Source: Pavona decussata (Eukaryota). Taken from it: DNA of 64,000 bases. The notes under the pieces were generated by a model, which saw only the letters and a list, made by a program, of their open reading frames with translations, was not told where the DNA came from and searched no databases. Below are positions 58,561 through 64,000 of the stretch, piece by piece. How positions within the stretch are numbered: position 1 is the first letter of the stretch; every line of letters begins with the position of its first letter. The position numbers were made by a program, and so were the translations under genes. The DNA is taken from the NCBI GenBank assembly GCA_977016875.1, contig CDRNST010000096.1, positions 62,001 to 126,000 of the forward strand, in the 5' to 3' direction.

Positions 58561-61500
58561 TCATCATAACAATAAATCAATGTTAAAAGTTTTCTTGGCT
58601 TTACTTTGAATATTAATTGTCTTTTTTTGCAGATATTGAAAAATTTTTGAAGTTTACAACAGGAAGCTCAACACCATCTCCAACTGACATTCACCAGTTG
58701 ATGGTCGAGATTTCTGCAGAGGCCTCAGCAATTTTCGCCTCCACATGCTTGTTGAAACTTATCATTCCAGAGTCAATAGCTGATTTAAATTAAAAATCAT
58801 TTAGTGCAAGTATGACGGCAGTAATGGATGGGCAGGGAACTGCCTTCACTGTGCCATGATTATAACTGGAAGTAGCAAATTTTAGTGTTCGATATTTTTG
58901 GTAACAATGTTTCCTTGTTGGGTTTGTTTTACAGTGTAAATTTTGTGATGGATCTACGGTATGTTTGGTTGAACCCTCTGAAATAAGTTAGGAAAGTCTG
59001 AAAATGTGCTCTCATGGTAAAAAAAAGCTAAAAAGGTGTATAATTCAAAAATACATAAAAAGAGCAAAAAGAATCATAAATTGACAGAAATATGCCCTAC
59101 ACTGAGTGGTCACTTACTCGCGTTCTTGTTTTTTGTTTTTTTGCATCAAAAGTAGCAAATATATCGTGGATAGGCCTGGTGAAATGCTTTTCAAAGAAAA
59201 CTGTACTCGAAGGAAGAAATTTTGCATTTCAATGAGGGAGTTACGTGTAAGAGCAGTAAACAGCAACAAAATGACTGATTTTTAGAATGCCATCAGACTT
59301 CTTCAGTGTAAGCACAGGTGCAACCGCAATTCCCATTTAGCTTTTAATTCCCAAATCGCTCTCTATTTGATTATTGTATAATATTTATTGTTTCAGCAAA
59401 GGCATTTTTGTGAACAAGTTAGCCTAAAATTGAGTTGGTAGGAAAGTAATTTAACAACTTTAAATTACCCCACAAAATGCTGGAAATTGCATTACAGAGG
59501 AGCTACCTAAAATTCGAAAACAGACCCCTTTAAAGGTTTCTGCCTTTGACAGTCATTTTCCACCCCCTTCCCCCCTCTTCCCCTTACTCTCTCTCTTTTT
59601 CTCTTGCCTGGATCTACCAACTGGGCGGAAAAACCACTGTGCATGCTTGCTGAAAATAGTGCCTGTTAAAGTTTCAAAATGGCGGACAATGAATTGCATT
59701 TTTCCACATAACTCCCACATAACTGGGGACCAGTTTCTGACTGATCGCACATGTGTGCGTTGTTATCACTAATTTAACAGTCAGCTCAATTTCTTCACAA
59801 AATGAAGGGCTACTTTAGATGGTAACCGAATATTGTTTTCCAATACGTTTTGGGCATCGTTCTGTTGGCAGCTATTATGGCTGTTCTGGACGATGAGACT
59901 TCAGTGGACCTTGGATTGTCAAGGTCAGAATTTCGGTGACAGTAAGTTTGATTATTTTTGAAGATAACGAAATATGACTATTTTTTCCTTCCAATGACTT
60001 TTTAAACGCCATTCCAATGTGGTCATCTATTTCTTTGACACGAAAATCAAGTCAGTGTGTTCTTCCCGCATGTCGTTGAAACCTTCATGTCCGCTGTCCT
60101 CGGGAATGGTAGGCAATTCCGCCTGTTGTCTCGGCTAATTCAATTTGTTTATGTTTGTGTAAACCTGTCATGTAATTTTAAGTCAGTATTCTACTCCTTG
60201 TTTGAAAATGCTGTTTAAATGACTGTATTTAAAACCGTAAGTTATCGAGTTTGAAATAAACTTTTTGAAGAGTACCTTGATGTTGTTGTCATTGTGTTCA
60301 GGCTCCGCGAAGTTTGCGAATAACGGACAACTGGTTTGACAGGGTATCTGTAAAACGCGGACTGGATGGCTGCGCATGGCGGATGGGAAAATGCGGATGA
60401 CAAAATAAAATAACAAATTAAAAAAAAAGAAAAAATGAAACAATATAAAAAGTATAAATATATAAATATACAGATTAACAAGAAGGAAAAAAATTGAATG
60501 GAAAATGACAACTTTACTGCGTGTTTTAAAGTCTAGCAAATCTCGTTCTATTTCGTGCTGTGGCACATGTCCGCGTTCTTTCTTCCAAGCAACACAAACG
60601 TCCAAAAGGTATGATTCATTTACAGAGATTAATTGATTAAAATTTTGTGGCCTGCCTGCAAATTTAAATCTCGCGACCATTGATATTTTCATGTGCGTAA
60701 TTGACTAAAATTGTATTGTCTCATCCGAAAGTTTTAGCTATCCTGACGGGTCTTGCTGAAAGTTCGAGGACACGTAGTAGCAATTGTTTCGTAAGAAAAT
60801 TTTAGGGGACGTTTTTCGCTATACCTGTGACTACAAAAATTAAGCGGGAGTCTGAGTGAATATAAACTGCTCATCTGAATATTATAGGCGTATAACCTAT
60901 TCATCCAAAAACGTTAGGGGATAAAATTATACGCTCTGTCAGACCTAAATAATGTAAATTCCTGATAATACCTCATTTTCTCACCAAAAATTTTAGCAGC
61001 TTTTAGAATAGTTACGACAGACGAAAGTTTTAGAGGACAAAAACACCATCCGAAAATTATGTGAGTTATAAAACGTGTGCACATCATTCCCGAAAATTCT
61101 AGGGAAACTTGATGGTTTTCCGAAAAACCTCAAAAAGTCTGGTCTAGGGGATCGCTTGGCGAAAACTTTCGAAATTTTTAGGGAACCTTCCATCCGAACA
61201 GATATTTTACCAAAATATTCCTTTGGGTGCCCCTGTACATCCTTTTCTAGTTTACAATAAACGTTTTGTGCGCTTGTTTATTTTTTTAAGCGGACTGAAT
61301 TATTATAACGTTTGCCGCTCGCCGAGGTGGCGTCTATGTGGTAAGTGACAGCCAAGTCACCGTTGCGTGCGGGAGACTCAATGCAAAGCTGTGAGCCATG
61401 ATTAAAGCGTTTTTAATGCACCGTATGAATCTGTTTTGGCTTTTTTTTTCCGAGAACTTTCAGCCATTTACAAAAATTACAAACGATCAACCACATGATC

Positions 61501-62082
61501 ATTTCGGCGGGAAAAATACCACAGTTGAGAAACCATAATGAAAATCGAGGTCCCATTCCTACAAGAGCCACAGGCGATCCAAACATGGCTGCAAATAAAG
61601 GGTTTGTTAGAGGAACGCTAGTGATAGATTCAATAACATAGTTATACCCGAACATTCTCAATGAAAAAGTCGCACTTTATGGCGTTTGTGTGTTTGTCTT
61701 TTTCTGAGTTAACGCCATTTAATCGATTTTTTTATTCCCGGTTAGAAGAAATACGAGTGAAAAACCGGGAAGCAAAGAAAGCGATACAACGAACGGAACG
61801 CAAGGAGTATTAACACGTCTTATGAAGACTACCGACTAAAAGCAGATTGATGATTGGTTTAGTGGTCTCTTTAAGAGGGAAAGTCTACTAAGACCGAGCG
61901 AAATCATAAAAAAGTGGCACATGATGAAAAAATGAAAACTCTGCATATTCCGTCCAGAGATACTCCATACTAGTTTTAAAAACGTGGTGGGATTTTTTTC
62001 CTGAAATATATTTTTTAAACAGGAAAAAATAGAAAAAACAGTGACGGCCCCTCGTGGTTTGAAAAACACCCGAAATAAACAT

Positions 62083-62241
62083 TGTCATGATTGTTATGTA
62101 ATTATCCAGTTGTCAAAGGTAGTCCATTTAATTATCCAATCAATCATACCATTATATCAGGTTACAGCTTTGTACTTTAAAGGTTAAGACACGATAGAAT
62201 AAATTCATTCTTCTGTCCAAACTTGTTGTCCGATCTTAACA
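62083..62241 (+). repeat. Gypsy 5' LTR (~159 bp)
   Basis: TGTCATG...TTAACA with AATAAA, immediately followed by the PBS; the left boundary is inferred. Confidence 0.7.
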
Positions 62242-62259
62242 TGGTGTCAGAAGTGGGAT
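62242..62259 (+). promoter_or_regulatory. Primer-binding site complementary to the tRNA-Leu 3' end
   Basis: TGGTGTCAGAAGTGGGAT. Confidence 0.9.
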
Positions 62260-62268
62260 CTCTCTAAA

Positions 62269-63324
62269 ATGGATAAATTAGACCCTCCTGATCCACTCTC
62301 CTTCGAAGGAAATGTACGAGAAAACTGGAGAAGGTGGAAACAAGAATTTCAGTTGTACCTAGTAGCAACTGAGAGTGATGGAAAATCCGACAAGATCAAG
62401 TCATCTATTCTACTCACTTGTATTGGGAAAAGGGCGCGTGAAATTTACAACACCTTCACTTTCCCGAGTGACGAGGACAAGATGAAAGTCAGCTCGATCC
62501 TAAGCAAATTCACAGCATACTGCAATCCTCGAAAGAACACAACCTTTCTACGTTATCAGTTCTTTTCCTACAACCAACAGGATGGACAGCCTTTTGATGA
62601 TTTTGTTACCGAACTAAAAAAACGTGCTGAGGAATGTGCTTTTGCCAGTCTGAAAGACTCTCTGATTACTGACAGGATCGTGTGCGGAACGACTGACAAC
62701 AAACTTCGTGAGCATTACCTACGAGAAACAGATCTCAAGTTGGAGAAGGCCATTCTACTTGGTCCCGCTGCTGAGGAATCGAGAAAACATGCTGAAGAGC
62801 TTAAACATGCATCGAAACCCACTCCGGTCGACATAGTCGGCCAAGGGGCGATACCCAAGACAATCAAAGGCGCGACATCAGAGTACTTTGCTAACTGCAA
62901 ATTTTGTGGTCGTGGACATAATCGTGGAAAGTGCCCAGCATATGGAAAGACATGCAACGAGTGTGGTGCTGCCAAACATTTCGCACAATGCTGCCCTAAC
63001 AAACCCCGTAGATTTAATCCGCAACAAGCAAGCAACAGGCCGATTCGTGAAGTCAATCGCCAGCCTGACATCACAGAGGATGAATGGGAGAATTTTGTCG
63101 GTGCGATAACTGTCGAAAGCCTAACGGAAGAGAAAGATGTCAACGAAACGACTCTACACTCAAACAATCCAGAGGATGAGGAACTCGAAGGGTCTGTCGT
63201 TTTGGAATCCAATGGAACTAACATTAACTATAAGCTTGACACTGGCAGTCAAGTTAATGTTCTTCCGAAAAAGGAACTTCGTTCTGTTCAATTCGCATCA
63301 AAGAAAACCCAGTTTTCTTCTTGA
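62269..63324 (+). CDS. gag: Gypsy gag with zinc knuckles and truncated aspartic protease
   Basis: NWRRWKQEF, QQDGQPFDDF, CKFCG..H...CPA.GK.CNECG..KHFA..C, KLDTGSQVNVLP. Confidence 0.88.
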   Translation: MDKLDPPDPLSFEGNVRENWRRWKQEFQLYLVATESDGKSDKIKSSILLTCIGKRAREIYNTFTFPSDEDKMKVSSILSKFTAYCNPRKNTTFLRYQFFSYNQQDGQPFDDFVTELKKRAEECAFASLKDSLITDRIVCGTTDNKLREHYLRETDLKLEKAILLGPAAEESRKHAEELKHASKPTPVDIVGQGAIPKTIKGATSEYFANCKFCGRGHNRGKCPAYGKTCNECGAAKHFAQCCPNKPRRFNPQQASNRPIREVNRQPDITEDEWENFVGAITVESLTEEKDVNETTLHSNNPEDEELEGSVVLESNGTNINYKLDTGSQVNVLPKKELRSVQFASKKTQFSS

Positions 63325-64000
63325 AAATTTACTTTTGAAGTGTTTATTAAGTATCTGAGTCCAAAAATACTTCAGTGGATGAATTTTCCTGGTCATGAGG
63401 AGCCACAAAAAAATCTCAAAAATTCGCTCCCTTCAAGTTCTGAATTTGGTGCACTTTTTTAATAGAAAATTTCGCGATCCGGTAAAATACTAAAACCCTT
63501 CAAATTTAGAATTATAGATTGAGGAAGTATCGCTCTAAAACCAGGTTTAAAAAATAGCTTCGGGCTTTTTACCAGCGCCGAGCATTAGCGGCCTCAAAAG
63601 CATGAAAATCGCAATATCAACGGGTAAACAAACTGCACATGACTGCAACCAGTATGAAGAGAAACTATTGAAATTTCATGTAGTTTACCTCGGCATTCGC
63701 CTTTAAACCACCAGTGAAAGGTCATGTTTTGCTAACTGCAATAAGGCATTGTCTAAATAAGATATTTGGTTGTGTGTGTATCCTTTCATTATTATATAGC
63801 CATCTTGATGTGTGAAGTCAACAAGAGAAATTATCATCGCTTATTGCGATGGAGCGACAATAAACTCAAATGACTTACCATCGGACCACTTCTTTTCGAC
63901 TTGAAGATCGTTTAAAATGGAGATGAGTTGGATTTTCTTTGAATTTCGAAACGATTTTTTTGTTTCGAGCTGTCGCTTCGAGATCCGTTCGCAGGATTTA

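Larger units (their letters stand above)
62083..63285 (+). mobile_element. Gypsy/Ty3 LTR retrotransposon, 5' part only
   Basis: TG...CA LTR candidate, tRNA-Leu PBS, gag and the start of the protease; homology is lost after VNVLPK. Confidence 0.88.

Noticed and set aside
60183-60692. 169-aa hydrophobic ORF
   Set aside because: Arises from low-complexity A/T tracts and a short interspersed repeat; no domain signal.

Overview
Eukaryotic, AT-rich, transposon-saturated DNA with no clearly intact host gene. The repeat repertoire suggests a marine invertebrate such as a stony coral (inference). In order: (1) an apparently intact tyrosine-recombinase (YR) retrotransposon, 5' end outside the window, with gag, RT/RNaseH plus a methyltransferase-like domain, YR and split direct repeats. 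(2) A decayed CR1/L2-group LINE (~7.1-23.9 kb) split by an IS3EU-like TIR transposon, which itself carries two Harbinger derivatives and a tRNA-like repeat, and by a young BEL/Pao LTR element that contains another LINE 3' fragment. (3) A second, truncated BEL, then Harbinger relics. (4) A divergent HIRAN-like plus DUF3987-like P-loop helicase pair separated by a GGTTCT minisatellite. (5) An Academ fragment, an assembly gap next to a fold-back element, and a Penelope-like element with a minimal hammerhead ribozyme. (6) A decayed multi-exon transposase-like gene with an Ngaro-type YR retrotransposon in one intron, then a third BEL fragment. (7) A Ginger2 element with both ends and a tRNA-like insert, and the 5' part of a Gypsy element. 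The strongest novelty candidates are the HIRAN/DUF3987 module, the phase-matched splice acceptors in front of every ORF of the YR retrotransposons, and a loxP-like palindrome at a split-repeat junction. All family calls come from motif recognition by eye; no searches were run.
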